Below are positions 1 through 10,436 of a stretch of 64,000 nucleotides of DNA, piece after piece. Position 1 is the stretch's first letter. Every line of letters begins with the position of its first letter. Source of the stretch: Minisyncoccota bacterium (lineage in GTDB: Bacteria; Patescibacteriota; Minisyncoccia; Phycocordibacterales; UBA9973). The notes under the pieces are model-generated. The model saw nothing but the letters and a program-made list of their open reading frames with translations, was not told where the DNA came from and did no database searches. The stretch covers positions 26,765-90,764 of the forward strand of contig DALYDY010000001.1 in NCBI GenBank assembly GCA_031972855.1. Reading direction: 5' to 3'. Both the position numbers and the translations under genes were made by a program.

Positions 1-16
1 TTATTAATAACTATTT

Positions 17-856
17 TTATCTCTTCTTTCCAACCTTACGGCGAGAAACAATTGAGTGATTTGAGTATTTCTTAGGAGTACGAGTCTTTCTTCCACCTGT
101 AACTTTACCGTAGATAGATTTTGGACGACGTGTTCCGCGACCTTGTGCGCCTTCACCTCCTCCGTATGGGTGATCAACAGGGTTCATGGCACTACCACGA
201 ACTGTTGGTCGGATACCGCGCCAACGTGAGCGACCTGCTTTACCATACTTACGAAGTTTGTTTTCTGTGTTTGAAACTTCACCAATACATGCATAACATT
301 CTTCTGAAACTTTACGAACTTCAGATGAAGGCATTTTAAGGTTTGTATAACCTCCGTCATTAGCTACAACTTGAGCAAAGTTACCGGCAGAACGAGCAAT
401 AGATGCACGAGTTCCTGGTTTTAGTTCAATATTGTAAACAAATGTACCAACAGGAATTTTCTTCAAAGGAAGACGATTACCTGGAGTAAGTGGTGCATTT
501 TCTGAAACAATAAAGGTATCACCTTTTGTTAAAGATTTTGGTGTAATAACATAACGTTTTTCACCATCAGCGTATGATACAACAGAAATAAATGCTGTTC
601 TGTTTGGATCGTATTCAACTGATTCAATCTTTGCTTTGATATCTTTTTTGTTATATGTGAAGTCAACAAGACGATAAAGTCTCTTGTTACCACCCCCTTT
701 GTGACGAGTAGTAATACGACCTTGATTATTTCTTCCCATAGATCTTTTAAAACCTAAAGTTAGAGATTTTTCTGGTGTATCTGTTGTTAGAAATTCACGA
801 TAATTAACTGTTTGAGTATTTCTGCGTGATGGAGTTGTTGGTTTATATGTTTTCAT
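17..856 (-). CDS. rplB: 50S ribosomal protein L2
   Basis: 279 aa; typical uL2 sequence throughout (..GRNNQGRITTRHKGGGNKR.., ..HPYGGGEG.. C-terminal region); first gene of an L2-L23-L4-L3-S10 block. Confidence 0.95.
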   Translation of the reverse strand: MKTYKPTTPSRRNTQTVNYREFLTTDTPEKSLTLGFKRSMGRNNQGRITTRHKGGGNKRLYRLVDFTYNKKDIKAKIESVEYDPNRTAFISVVSYADGEKRYVITPKSLTKGDTFIVSENAPLTPGNRLPLKKIPVGTFVYNIELKPGTRASIARSAGNFAQVVANDGGYTNLKMPSSEVRKVSEECYACIGEVSNTENKLRKYGKAGRSRWRGIRPTVRGSAMNPVDHPYGGGEGAQGRGTRRPKSIYGKVTGGRKTRTPKKYSNHSIVSRRKVGKKR

Positions 857-873
857 AGATTTTTATATAAAGG

Positions 874-1188
874 TTATGCAACCGAAATTTTATCACCTTT
901 TTTCAAATATACGACCGCTTTCTTCAAAGCTTTTGTTTTTCCATAACGTCCACGAATAAATGTATTCTTCGCAGGAATTTGTGTAATACCAATTTTCATA
1001 GGTGTTACTTTGTGCAATGTTTGGATTGCTTTTTTGATTTCACTTTTTGTTGTGTCTAGTGACACCATGAAAGTATATGCGTTTCTGTCAGCAAGAGCTG
1101 ATGTTTTTTCTGTGATACGCATTTTACCAAGAACACTTTTAGTGTTTGTTGTTGGCAATTCTTCTGTTTTAATTTTCTTTGTAGCCAT
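874..1188 (-). CDS. rplW: 50S ribosomal protein L23
   Basis: uL23-like C-terminus (..KTKALKKAVVYLKKGDKISVA). Start moved to the internal ATG (MATKKIK..) at 1188 so it does not overlap rplD. Confidence 0.85.
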   Translation of the reverse strand: MATKKIKTEELPTTNTKSVLGKMRITEKTSALADRNAYTFMVSLDTTKSEIKKAIQTLHKVTPMKIGITQIPAKNTFIRGRYGKTKALKKAVVYLKKGDKISVA

Positions 1189-1192
1189 AAAA

Positions 1193-1909
1193 TTATTTGA
1201 GTTTAGTTCCAAGATACTCAACAGCTGTTTGCGGTGATGGAATAATTACATACTCTTTGTTTAAAACATCGAGAACATTAATATCTTTCAATTGATCACA
1301 AGCAACTTGTGGAATATTTTTGAAACTCTTTAGAAGAGTAGTGTCACGACCAGAGAGCGCAATCAATGCTGCATTTTTTCTTTTTGTAATCAATTTTCCA
1401 AATTCTGGAACTCCTGCAAGATTTATCAAAATTGCATTTGCATCTTTTGTTTTAATTGATTTCAAAGATAGATCATCAACAAAGATAACTTTTCCTTTTG
1501 AAAGCTTTTGTGATAGCACTGTAAACAATGCTTTAACACGCATTTTCTTGTTGATTTTTTGAGAGTAATCTTTTTCAGCAAGTGGTCCATGTGTTACACC
1601 TCCTTTTCTCCATATTGGAGAACGAGAAGATCCGTGACGTGAACGACCTGTACCTTTTTGTTTCCAAGGTTTTTTACCTCCACCGCGAACTTCACTTCTA
1701 TCTTTTGTGTCAGCAACAGTTGGGCGAGCGTTTGCTTGCATAGCTATTGCAACTTGGTGAACCAAATCACCATTCCAAGGTAGACCAAAGATTTCTGATG
1801 GTAGATTTATTGTGCCTTTTTCCTTTCCAGTACTTGTATATATAGCTGCAGAAAGTTCAGTATTGTTTTCTTTTTTTGTAACTTTTTTCATAAAGAATTT
1901 ATTATGCAA
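1193..1909 (-). CDS. rplD: 50S ribosomal protein L4
   Basis: uL4 signature GGGKKPWKQKGTGRSRHGS..GGV.HGP; true start may be the internal MKKVTKK (about 1891). Confidence 0.9.
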   Translation of the reverse strand: MHNKFFMKKVTKKENNTELSAAIYTSTGKEKGTINLPSEIFGLPWNGDLVHQVAIAMQANARPTVADTKDRSEVRGGGKKPWKQKGTGRSRHGSSRSPIWRKGGVTHGPLAEKDYSQKINKKMRVKALFTVLSQKLSKGKVIFVDDLSLKSIKTKDANAILINLAGVPEFGKLITKRKNAALIALSGRDTTLLKSFKNIPQVACDQLKDINVLDVLNKEYVIIPSPQTAVEYLGTKLK

Positions 1910-2516
1910 CTATTTCAAGTAATGTGCCGAGACGACCAGGAACAGCACCTTTAACGAGAATAACGTTTTGAATAGCGTCAACATGAACGATTTCAAGATT
2001 TTTCACTGAAACACGATCATTACCCATACGTCCTGCCATGCGCATTCCTTTTGGAACACGTGTGCGAAGACCTCCACCAATTGAACCTGGTTCACGTTCT
2101 GAGTGTTTTTGACCGTGAGTTCTACGTCCTCCTTCGAATCCATGACGCTTAACTACACCTTGAAAACCTTTACCTTTTGAAATACCAGAAACAACAACTT
2201 TGTCTCCTTTTTCAAAAAGTGTTGGTTCTATTATGTCTCCAACGTTATTTGTATTTTCATCTGTACGAAATTCACGAAGAACTTCATAAGCAACATCTTT
2301 AGTGTGTCCTAGGACAGCTTTAGATTTGCGTTCTTTTTTTTGTGCACCAAAACCAACTTGAATGGCATTGTACCCATCAGTTTCAGTTTTTTTCACCTGT
2401 GTAACTGTGAGTGGACCAACTAGAACTTTTGTGACTGGAATAACCTTTCCATCTTCACTGAAGTACTGTGTCATGTGCTGTTTTTTTCCGAGAGTAAATT
2501 TCATAGGTTCCACCAT
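1902..2516 (-). CDS. rplC: 50S ribosomal protein L3
   Basis: uL3 motifs (GKKQHMTQ.., ..GFQGVVKRHGFEGG..THG); alternative start MKFTLGKK at 2504. Confidence 0.9.
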   Translation of the reverse strand: MVEPMKFTLGKKQHMTQYFSEDGKVIPVTKVLVGPLTVTQVKKTETDGYNAIQVGFGAQKKERKSKAVLGHTKDVAYEVLREFRTDENTNNVGDIIEPTLFEKGDKVVVSGISKGKGFQGVVKRHGFEGGRRTHGQKHSEREPGSIGGGLRTRVPKGMRMAGRMGNDRVSVKNLEIVHVDAIQNVILVKGAVPGRLGTLLEIVA

Positions 2517-2554
2517 TAGATTTGTAATTGGATACTTCTAAAAGCAAAGAGCTT

Positions 2555-2905
2555 TTATAGCATCTTTACATCAATATCAACGCCGGTTGGAAGATTCATG
2601 TTCGTGAGAGCTTCAATCGTTTTTTGAGAAGGATTTAGAATATCAATCATGCGTTTGTGAACTCGAACTTCAAACTGTTCACGTGCATTTTTGTACACGA
2701 AAGATGAACGGTTAACTGTATACTTCTTAATTTCTGTAGGAAGTGGTACAGGTCCAATAACTGTCGCTTCATGACGAAGAGCAGTGTCCATAATTTGCTT
2801 AACTGATGCATCAAGAATTTTATTCTCGTATGCACGTACACGTATGCGGAGTGTTACGCTTCCTTCTGTTTTTGTAGTTTTCGATTTTTTTGCCTGCGTT
2901 GCCAT
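2555..2905 (-). CDS. rpsJ: 30S ribosomal protein S10
   Basis: uS10 core LRIRVRAYENKILD..GPVPLPT..FEVRVHKR.IDI. Confidence 0.92.
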   Translation of the reverse strand: MATQAKKSKTTKTEGSVTLRIRVRAYENKILDASVKQIMDTALRHEATVIGPVPLPTEIKKYTVNRSSFVYKNAREQFEVRVHKRMIDILNPSQKTIEALTNMNLPTGVDIDVKML

Positions 2906-2955
2906 ATTGTTTATAGTAAATGAACAATTAGTATCTCTAAATTAGAGATTAATAA

Positions 2956-4158
2956 TTATGCGATGATTTTAGTAACAACTCCTGCACCAACTGTCTTACC
3001 TCCTTCACGGATAGCGAAACGTTGTTGTGCTTCAAGAGCAACTGGAGTAACGAGTTTAACTGTAAGTTTTACAGTATCACCTGGCATAACCATTTCTATT
3101 CCTTCTGGAAGAGTTGATTCACCTGTTACGTCTGTTGTTCTGATGTAGAATTGTGGCTTGTAACCATTAAAGAATGGAGTGTGACGACCACCTTCTTCTT
3201 TCTTCAAAATGTACACTTCACATTCAAAGTGTGAGTGAGGAGTAACTGTTCCTGACTTTGAAAGAACTTGTCCACGAGTAACATCTTCTTTCTTAGTTCC
3301 ACGTAGAAGGATACCTGCGTTGTCGCCTGCCATTCCTTCTGATAGTGATTTGTTGAACATTTCAATACCTGTAACTGTTGTTTTTGCTGTATCTTTAATA
3401 CCAACAATTTCAACTTCTTCACCAACTTTTACGATTCCGCGTTCGATTTTACCTGTAACAACTGTTCCACGTCCTTCGATAGAGAAGATATCTTCGATAG
3501 GCATAAGGAAAGGTTTTGTAACATCGCGTTCTGGAACTGGAATGTAAGAATCAAGTGCATTTGCAAGATCCATGATTTTTTGTGCCCATGGGTCATTGTT
3601 GTCTGCTGATTCAAGTGCTTTTAGACCTGAACCACGAATAACTGGAGCTGTAGCACCATCAAAACCTTGTTTTGTAAGAAGTTCACGAACTTCTTCTTCA
3701 ACTAGATCAAGCATGTCTGCATCATCTACCATATCGCATTTGTTTAAGAATACGATTATTTTTGGAACACCAACTTGTTTTGCAAGAAGAATGTGTTCAC
3801 GAGTTTGTGGCATAGCACCATCTGTTGCTGCAACTACGATAATTGCACCATCCATTTGAGCCGCACCTGTAATCATGTTTTTGATGTAGTCAGCGTGTCC
3901 TGGAGCATCAATGTGAGCGTAGTGACGTGCTGCTGTTTCATATTCATTGTGAGAAAGCGCAATAGTAATCCCACGAGCTTTTTCTTCTGGGGCCTTGTCG
4001 ATACCATCGATACCAACTAGTTTTGCTGAGTAACCACCTCCTTGACGTGCAAGAACGTGAAGTATAGCCGCTGTAAGAGTAGTCTTACCGTGGTCAACGT
4101 GACCAATAGTACCTACGTTTACGTGTGGCTTTGAACGATCGAATGCTTCTGTTGCCAT
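2956..4158 (-). CDS. tuf: Elongation factor Tu
   Basis: 400 aa; G1 motif [18 protein letters not shown]-like motif, NKCD, full EF-Tu domain layout; directly upstream of rpsJ. Confidence 0.97.
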   Translation of the reverse strand: MATEAFDRSKPHVNVGTIGHVDHGKTTLTAAILHVLARQGGGYSAKLVGIDGIDKAPEEKARGITIALSHNEYETAARHYAHIDAPGHADYIKNMITGAAQMDGAIIVVAATDGAMPQTREHILLAKQVGVPKIIVFLNKCDMVDDADMLDLVEEEVRELLTKQGFDGATAPVIRGSGLKALESADNNDPWAQKIMDLANALDSYIPVPERDVTKPFLMPIEDIFSIEGRGTVVTGKIERGIVKVGEEVEIVGIKDTAKTTVTGIEMFNKSLSEGMAGDNAGILLRGTKKEDVTRGQVLSKSGTVTPHSHFECEVYILKKEEGGRHTPFFNGYKPQFYIRTTDVTGESTLPEGIEMVMPGDTVKLTVKLVTPVALEAQQRFAIREGGKTVGAGVVTKIIA

Positions 4159-4742
4159 AAAATGTTTATTGGTTCGGTTTTAGTCTCTTACCGCATATTG
4201 TGAGAGACTATTTCCGAACATAAAGTTAAAATAATAAATATAAGGGTTTATCCTTATAAAAGTATAAATTAGGACTAAAAATCACTAATTTATCTAAATA
4301 AAAACAACCGAACATGCGGTAGAAGTAATACTAACAGAGATTGAGAAAAAAGGCAAACAGGAGCCCTCTCTTTATTGGTTTAATACAAAAACACATAAAA
4401 CACTTGAAAACCAAATCCCTGCTTGATTATTAAATACAAAAAAATAAAAAGCCCTTATTATAGGCTTTTGTTGAAAGTGATAAATCCTAAACTTATCATC
4501 TTTTTAAATTCTTTTAGGGTTTTTAGAAAACCTTTTGATAGGCCTCTATCAAGATCTTTTGAGGCTTCATATGAAAGAGATTTAACTCTACCCTGGTTTT
4601 CCATATTATCCAGAGCTTTCTGATAAGAAGAAATAAACTGGCTCATAATTTTTTATTTAATTTGTTTATTTAATACTATACCCTATTTAATATAAAGGCA
4701 AAATAAAATCCTTGTTGCGTATATTACACAACAAGGATACTT

Positions 4743-5246
4743 TTAAGATGCTTTACCTTTTAATTCAAATGAAGAGAGTAATCCCTCGCAATCTTCTATA
4801 AACTTTTTCATTAAATCATTTACTTTTTCAATAAGTAATTTAAAATTTTCGAAGTTCCTATCAGAAAGCTTACAGAAAGTTGAGTTTGATTTAAAAAAAG
4901 AATTATTTAAATTCTCAAAAAATTTAAAAGGTTTAGTAAAATTGGCTTTTATATTTTTTTCTAAATCTTTAATATTTTCAACGGTACCTTTTTTAAATAT
5001 TTCTGCCATTTCTTTAGAATACTCTTCTGTATTTCGATCTAATTGAGTCCAAAAATCTTGTACAGCGGAATAAAAATAAATATTTACACTTGAATGTAGT
5101 TCTACGATCTTTTTCTGGTATTCGACCAGATCATTATTTGTAAATAATTTAACTTTTTGATGATTTAAATACATCTCTTTAATACTTAGAAGATTATCAC
5201 TTCCAAGTCTAACAATATCTTCCCTTAACTGCTTATAAAATAACAT
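4743..5246 (-). CDS. Hypothetical K/E-rich helical protein (paralogue of 5317..5709)
   Basis: 167 aa; shares a WTQ motif and an F[DE]x[LF]K..IEK[IV]N[ND][VL] block with the neighbouring ORF; own hairpin terminator near 4710-4737. Confidence 0.5.
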   Translation of the reverse strand: MLFYKQLREDIVRLGSDNLLSIKEMYLNHQKVKLFTNNDLVEYQKKIVELHSSVNIYFYSAVQDFWTQLDRNTEEYSKEMAEIFKKGTVENIKDLEKNIKANFTKPFKFFENLNNSFFKSNSTFCKLSDRNFENFKLLIEKVNDLMKKFIEDCEGLLSSFELKGKAS

Positions 5247-5316
5247 TTTTATTAAATTTTACTATTTATAACACATATTTTACAAAAATAAAACCCCCCT
5301 TTCGGAGAGTGGCGGA

Positions 5317-5709
5317 TTAAGCATTTGCTTGTTCCGGTTTTGGTGTGTACTTTTCAACCACCAAATCAGCATTCTTTTTGAATTCTTCAACAACATTATT
5401 AATTTTTTCAATAGTGTTTTTTAAAATATCAAAACTTTCTTCACAAAAACTCTCGCTTCCTTTATTTTTATCAATAAAGGATTCTGTAAAATTTTGAATA
5501 CTTTGATTAATATCTTTCGTATCAACAATTTTGTCTTGAGTCCATAAATCAAAAGATTGTTTTATGATACCAAAACCTTCGGAAAAGAACTCACTAAAAA
5601 GTTCGAAACTTTTATCTTTGTGCTTTTTGTTTAAAGCAAACAAAGAATTCCAATAGTCTGTCGAAATTTTAGAGAGGTCATGCTTTTTAAGCATGTACAA
5701 TTCATTCAT
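5317..5709 (-). CDS. Hypothetical K/E-rich helical protein (paralogue of 4743..5246)
   Basis: 130 aa; tandem paralogue; sits between fusA and tuf. Confidence 0.5.
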   Translation of the reverse strand: MNELYMLKKHDLSKISTDYWNSLFALNKKHKDKSFELFSEFFSEGFGIIKQSFDLWTQDKIVDTKDINQSIQNFTESFIDKNKGSESFCEESFDILKNTIEKINNVVEEFKKNADLVVEKYTPKPEQANA

Positions 5710-5877
5710 CTCTTTTCTATATTTGCATTTGAAGCAAGAACACCTTTCATTACCGACTGAAATGCTGCATTTAGCATATTATCAATCAGAAGATTCAATT
5801 TTGTTTTTGTAAAATTCATACTTTTTTTATTTAGTTGTCTAAGCATATTACAGATAAAATAGTTTAATGTCAACAAT

Positions 5878-5918
5878 GAAAACACTAAAGGCGCCCTACG
5901 GGCGCCTTTAGTGTTTTT
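5878..5918 (-). terminator. Long GC-clamped hairpin terminator downstream of fusA
   Basis: AAAACACTAAAGGCGCCC-tac-GGGCGCCTTTAGTGTTTTT; same architecture as the hairpin at 10325-10366. Confidence 0.6.
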
Positions 5919-5942
5919 AACATTCTTTAATGTTACTTGTTT

Positions 5943-8084
5943 TTATTTACGATTTTTAATGATATCTTCAGCAACATTACTTGGAACAATATCGTAACGC
6001 AAGAATTCCATAGTAAATCCTGCGCGTCCCTCAGTCATTGAACGAAGCGCTGTCATATATCCAAACATTTCTGATAGAGGTACTATAGCATTAACAACTT
6101 GATTCATTCCACGACTTTCCATACCTTCAATCAGACCACGACGAGATGATAGTGATCCATTAACATCACCCATGAATTTATCAGGAGTAACGACTTCAAC
6201 TTTCATCATTGGCTCAAGAATAACAGGACGAGCAGCTCTTGCTGCGTCTTGAACTGCCATAGAAGCAGCAATTTTGAACGCCATTTCGTTTGAGTCAACA
6301 TCGTGATATGAACCATCATAAAGATCAACAGATACATTTTCCATTCTAAATCCAGCAACAACACCACGATCTAGACCTTCACGAAGACCTTTTTCAATTG
6401 GTGCCATGTATTCACCTGGAATTGCACCTCCTTTAATATTATTGATAAATTCAAAGAATCCATCACGCTTAACATTTTTTGGAAGATCTTTTGGATCAAC
6501 AGATAAGTCCATAGGCTTAATCTTAATCTTAACGTGACCGTAGTTACCTTTACCTCCAGATTGTTTAATGTATTTACCTTCAGCTTGCGATTCTCCAGTA
6601 ATTGTTTCTCGGTATGCAACTTGCGGCTTACCAACATTAGCTTCAACATTGAATTCACGCTTCATACGATCAACAATAATTTCAAGGTGGAGCTCTCCCA
6701 TACCTGCAATAATTGTCTCTTCAGTTTCAGGGTCAGTAGAAACTTTGAATGTAGGGTCTTCATCAGCAAGCTTATTAAGAGCCATACCCATTTTTTCTTG
6801 ATCAGCTTTTGTCTTTGGTTCGATACGAAGGTTGATAACCGGTTCAGGGAATTTGATACGATCAAGAGCTATTGGATTCTTTTCGTCAGATAGAGTGTCA
6901 GATGTTTTTGTATCTTTAAGACCAACAGCAGCTGCAATTTCTCCAGCAAAAACTTTTTTCACTTCTTCACGTTGGTCTGCTTGCATACGCACAATACGAG
7001 AAAGACGTTCTTTATTTCCAGTACGTGGGTTATATACATATGATCCAGCTTCAAGTGTACCTGAATACACACGGAAGAATACTAGTTGTCCTACGAATGG
7101 ATCAACCATACTCTTGAAGGCAAGAGCCGCAAAAGGTTCTGTATCACTTGGATTACGTTCAAGTGGCTCTTCAGTGTCAGGATTAACACCTGAAATAGCT
7201 TTAATATCATCTGGAGCAGGAAGATAATCAACCACAGCATCAAGTACGAGTTGAACACCTTTATTTTTCAAAGCAGAACCAGCGTACACTGGGAAGATAT
7301 TGTTTGCAATAACGGCTTTACGAAGAGTCTTTTTAAGTTCAGGAATAGAAGGGATTACTCCATCAAGATATGCTGTCATTTGGTCGTCATCATTTTCAAC
7401 GATCCTTTCAATAAGTTCATCATGATACTTTTTGGCTTCAGCCATCATATTTTCAGGAATCTCTTTTTGAACTACTTTGTTTCCCATCTCACCTTCAAAA
7501 TAGTAGGCTTTCATTTCAAGAAGATCAATTACACCTTCATGATTTTCTTCAAGACCTATTGGAATTTGTGCACGAACAGCTTTTTTTGAAAGGCGGTCAA
7601 GAATAGTACTGTAAGAATGTTCGAAAGAAGCACCAGTTCTGTCTAGTTTATTAACAAAACAAATACGAGGAACATTAGCTTCGTCAGCATAACGCCAGTT
7701 TGTTTCTGATTGTGGTTCTACACCAGCAACACCATCAAATACAACAACAGCACCATCAAGAACACGTAGAGATCTTTTTACTTCAACAGTAAAGTCAATG
7801 TGGCCAGGTGTGTCGATAATATTAAAACGATAACTATTTTTTTTGTCACCCTGAGAGTATGTAGGAATCCAGTTACAAGTAACTGCAGCGGCTGTAATAG
7901 TAATACCACGCTCTCTCTCCTGTTCCATCCAGTCTGTTGTTGTCTCACCATTGTGAACTTCACCAATTTTGTGACTCATTCCAGTGTAGTAGAGTACACG
8001 TTCTGAAGTTGTTGTTTTACCAGCATCAATGTGCGCAATAATTCCAAAATTACGTACTCGCGCTAGTGGATAATCTCGTTCCAT
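5943..8084 (-). CDS. fusA: Elongation factor G
   Basis: 713 aa; AHIDAGKTT G1 motif, full EF-G domain organisation; own TTGCAA-17-TATAGT promoter-like sequence at about 8190-8218. Confidence 0.97.
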   Translation of the reverse strand: MERDYPLARVRNFGIIAHIDAGKTTTSERVLYYTGMSHKIGEVHNGETTTDWMEQERERGITITAAAVTCNWIPTYSQGDKKNSYRFNIIDTPGHIDFTVEVKRSLRVLDGAVVVFDGVAGVEPQSETNWRYADEANVPRICFVNKLDRTGASFEHSYSTILDRLSKKAVRAQIPIGLEENHEGVIDLLEMKAYYFEGEMGNKVVQKEIPENMMAEAKKYHDELIERIVENDDDQMTAYLDGVIPSIPELKKTLRKAVIANNIFPVYAGSALKNKGVQLVLDAVVDYLPAPDDIKAISGVNPDTEEPLERNPSDTEPFAALAFKSMVDPFVGQLVFFRVYSGTLEAGSYVYNPRTGNKERLSRIVRMQADQREEVKKVFAGEIAAAVGLKDTKTSDTLSDEKNPIALDRIKFPEPVINLRIEPKTKADQEKMGMALNKLADEDPTFKVSTDPETEETIIAGMGELHLEIIVDRMKREFNVEANVGKPQVAYRETITGESQAEGKYIKQSGGKGNYGHVKIKIKPMDLSVDPKDLPKNVKRDGFFEFINNIKGGAIPGEYMAPIEKGLREGLDRGVVAGFRMENVSVDLYDGSYHDVDSNEMAFKIAASMAVQDAARAARPVILEPMMKVEVVTPDKFMGDVNGSLSSRRGLIEGMESRGMNQVVNAIVPLSEMFGYMTALRSMTEGRAGFTMEFLRYDIVPSNVAEDIIKNRK

Positions 8085-8218
8085 AAATAAATCTAAATGT
8101 TGTAGTTATTGGGTATAAACCCATCGTTAATAAAAAAAGGGACAAAACGTCGCTTATACAAGAAACTATACGGCAAAATCACCTTTTTTGCAAATAAAAA
8201 AGCCCTTATTAAAAGGAC

Positions 8219-9031
8219 TTACAGAACCTTGTTTTCCAAGGTTGTAAAAAACTCTTTAAAGGTTTCGAAATCTAGATTGTAGTTTTCTCCACATGAAAAT
8301 GTTTCTTGGGTTTTACCATACTTTGACTTGTTATAAGTCACATTTCCAGGATCAATAAACATTACAATTGAATTTCTTCCTTTTTCGGATGTTTCCTTTG
8401 TGTTTACCACTCTATGACAGAGCGCAGGAAACTCACATTTTGAATAATACTGCCCAAGAAGTCCTGGATAAGCAAGGATGTGATTAGCCATTTGACCAAC
8501 ATTAATCCATCTTCCTTTCCATAATACCTGAAATCCTGGAGCGTCTTCGGTGAAGTGTATTGTTATACCTTTGTCTACATGAGGTATAGCGAGTATTCCC
8601 CCTTCAACAAAATCACGAGACGGGTAATGAAGAAAACGAAGTTGAGCATTCATTACAGCTTCTTCAACCTGAAGTTCAGATAAGTTACCTAAGGTAACAA
8701 TATTAACAGCTTCTTTTATTAAATCCTTATTTTCATAAATAAAAGCAGAGGCAATGTTAAAAAAATTCATATCAATACCATTATAGGTATGAATATTATT
8801 TTCAAGATAATTCAAAGAAATGTGAAAATTTTCTTTAAAATCAGGATGTTCTGGACCCTTATACTCATATCCTCCATTCTCACCAAAAACAAAAGTTTTT
8901 TTGTGTTCCAATGGTTGGCTATGAAATTCAATCCATTTTGAAATCAATCTTTTAATGATCTCTTTATCGATTTGATGTGGAATAAAAACATATCCATGTT
9001 CTTTTAGACCGATTTGTTGCATATTATTCAT
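8219..9031 (-). CDS. 2-oxoglutarate/Fe(II)-dependent dioxygenase (isopenicillin-N-synthase-like fold)
   Basis: 270 aa; matches the 2OG-FeII_Oxy core RFLHYP..HVDKG(ITIH)..GFQVLWKGRWINV..CHRVV..RNSIVMFIDP, i.e. HxD...H iron triad plus RxS 2OG-binding motif. Inserted in the str operon with its own promoter. Confidence 0.7.
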   Translation of the reverse strand: MNNMQQIGLKEHGYVFIPHQIDKEIIKRLISKWIEFHSQPLEHKKTFVFGENGGYEYKGPEHPDFKENFHISLNYLENNIHTYNGIDMNFFNIASAFIYENKDLIKEAVNIVTLGNLSELQVEEAVMNAQLRFLHYPSRDFVEGGILAIPHVDKGITIHFTEDAPGFQVLWKGRWINVGQMANHILAYPGLLGQYYSKCEFPALCHRVVNTKETSEKGRNSIVMFIDPGNVTYNKSKYGKTQETFSCGENYNLDFETFKEFFTTLENKVL

Positions 9032-9082
9032 TTTTTATTAATTTTATCCTACTCTACTCTTTTTATAGATTTTGTCAAAAAG

Positions 9083-9107
9083 AAAAACCCTGGATTATTC
9101 CAGGGTT
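9083..9107 (-). terminator. Hairpin terminator after the 386-aa hypothetical
   Basis: AAAAACCCTGGATTATTCCAGGGTT. Confidence 0.5.
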
Positions 9108-9111
9108 CATG

Positions 9112-10272
9112 TTATGAACTAAGACCAATAAGAAGTATCTTCTCTCTTATAGGAAGAGACAGAATACTTTTTGCAGTTTTATCAGAAATAACATTTTTGG
9201 GTAATTCTTCAGAAAGTACCCGATGAGCATCAAGAGCTCCCACCGATGAATCATTTTTTAGGTTGATCTTTTGATCTTGAGATAAATAATTCTTCATCCA
9301 CAAACAATTTTTGGAATCAAACAACTTCTTTATTGATGAAAGTGGGAGTGATTGAACCAACTCTCTTTTTCCGACATACGCAACCTCTAAGAAAAAATTA
9401 AGTAAATCAATTGTGGTTGTAGATATACCTTTTTCTTTTACGTGTTTATTGAAAACTTCAATAAAGTTAGAAATTCCTTCTTCAACAGCACTCTCAACTT
9501 TCTCTGTATGTGCTGTACTTTTAGAAAACATATCACTGTTATAAGATAAGAATCCAAGACAGAGTGGCTCCGGATTATATCGATCATCACTAATATGTCC
9601 ACCAAATGAAATTATTACAGAAAAAATCTTGTGCAAATCTTCTGCACGAAGCTTCGAATTGTATATGTATTTCAACTTTTTTTCATCTGACAATACAACA
9701 AGAAGTTCACGAACCCATTCATAGGACTTATTTGATAATTTATTCACAAACGCGGAATATGTATTAGCGGATTTGAAACCAGCCTTATCATCCCTGTCTA
9801 AACATGCTGCTTCACGAAGAGTTTGATTCCGACTGTGTTCATCTATAAATGAGCTGACCTTCTTGTAATCATTATCAATAGAGATATCAGAAAGTTTTAA
9901 AACAAGACTTGCTTGCAATAAATTTCCAGGAATCAATTGAAACATTTCTGTGGGATTAATATCTTGAACTCCACTCCACACCTTAGAAAATTTATCAAGT
10001 TTTATAATTTCCTTTAAAAATAAGTTCCCCCTGGTTGGTTCTGTTTTTTTCTTATCTGTAAAAAGTTCTGCTTCAAAAAGGTTTTTAACCATTACAATCA
10101 ACACACTTATCGAAAGAAATTTCAAAAAATCTTTCTTACCATGGTCCCACAAAAAATCAGAAGTGGGGATGATGTATTTTTTGTCGAGAGCGTTTATAGC
10201 TCTTGCTTGAATTTGAGGAGTCTGACCTAGGACCTCGTCCCAGATCTTCTTTTTGATTTCATCTTTTTTCAT
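9112..10272 (-). CDS. Hypothetical protein (386 aa), inserted between rpsG and the 2OG oxygenase
   Basis: Long ORF with no motif I recognise; upstream TTGACA...TAGAGT promoter-like box almost identical to the one in front of the oxygenase. Confidence 0.5.
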   Translation of the reverse strand: MKKDEIKKKIWDEVLGQTPQIQARAINALDKKYIIPTSDFLWDHGKKDFLKFLSISVLIVMVKNLFEAELFTDKKKTEPTRGNLFLKEIIKLDKFSKVWSGVQDINPTEMFQLIPGNLLQASLVLKLSDISIDNDYKKVSSFIDEHSRNQTLREAACLDRDDKAGFKSANTYSAFVNKLSNKSYEWVRELLVVLSDEKKLKYIYNSKLRAEDLHKIFSVIISFGGHISDDRYNPEPLCLGFLSYNSDMFSKSTAHTEKVESAVEEGISNFIEVFNKHVKEKGISTTTIDLLNFFLEVAYVGKRELVQSLPLSSIKKLFDSKNCLWMKNYLSQDQKINLKNDSSVGALDAHRVLSEELPKNVISDKTAKSILSLPIREKILLIGLSS

Positions 10273-10324
10273 GATTATTTATTTTTTAATTTTCCTTTAC
10301 TCTACTCTTTTTATGTTTTTTGTC

Positions 10325-10366
10325 AAAACACAGAGTGGCGTCCTATGGACGCCACTCTGTGTTTTT
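10325..10366 (-). terminator. Long GC-clamped hairpin terminator downstream of rpsG
   Basis: AAAACACAGAGTGGCGTCC-tat-GGACGCCACTCTGTGTTTTT. Confidence 0.6.
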
Positions 10367-10436
10367 AAGATTCATACTCTTCGACTTCGCTCAGGGTAAA
10401 AATAAAAAACTCCGACAATGTCAGAGTTTTTTATTT

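Noticed and set aside
121-8006. Numerous 60-130-aa ORFs nested antisense or out of frame within rplB, tuf, fusA and others
   Set aside because: They lie entirely inside well-supported conserved genes and have no motifs; typical shadow ORFs
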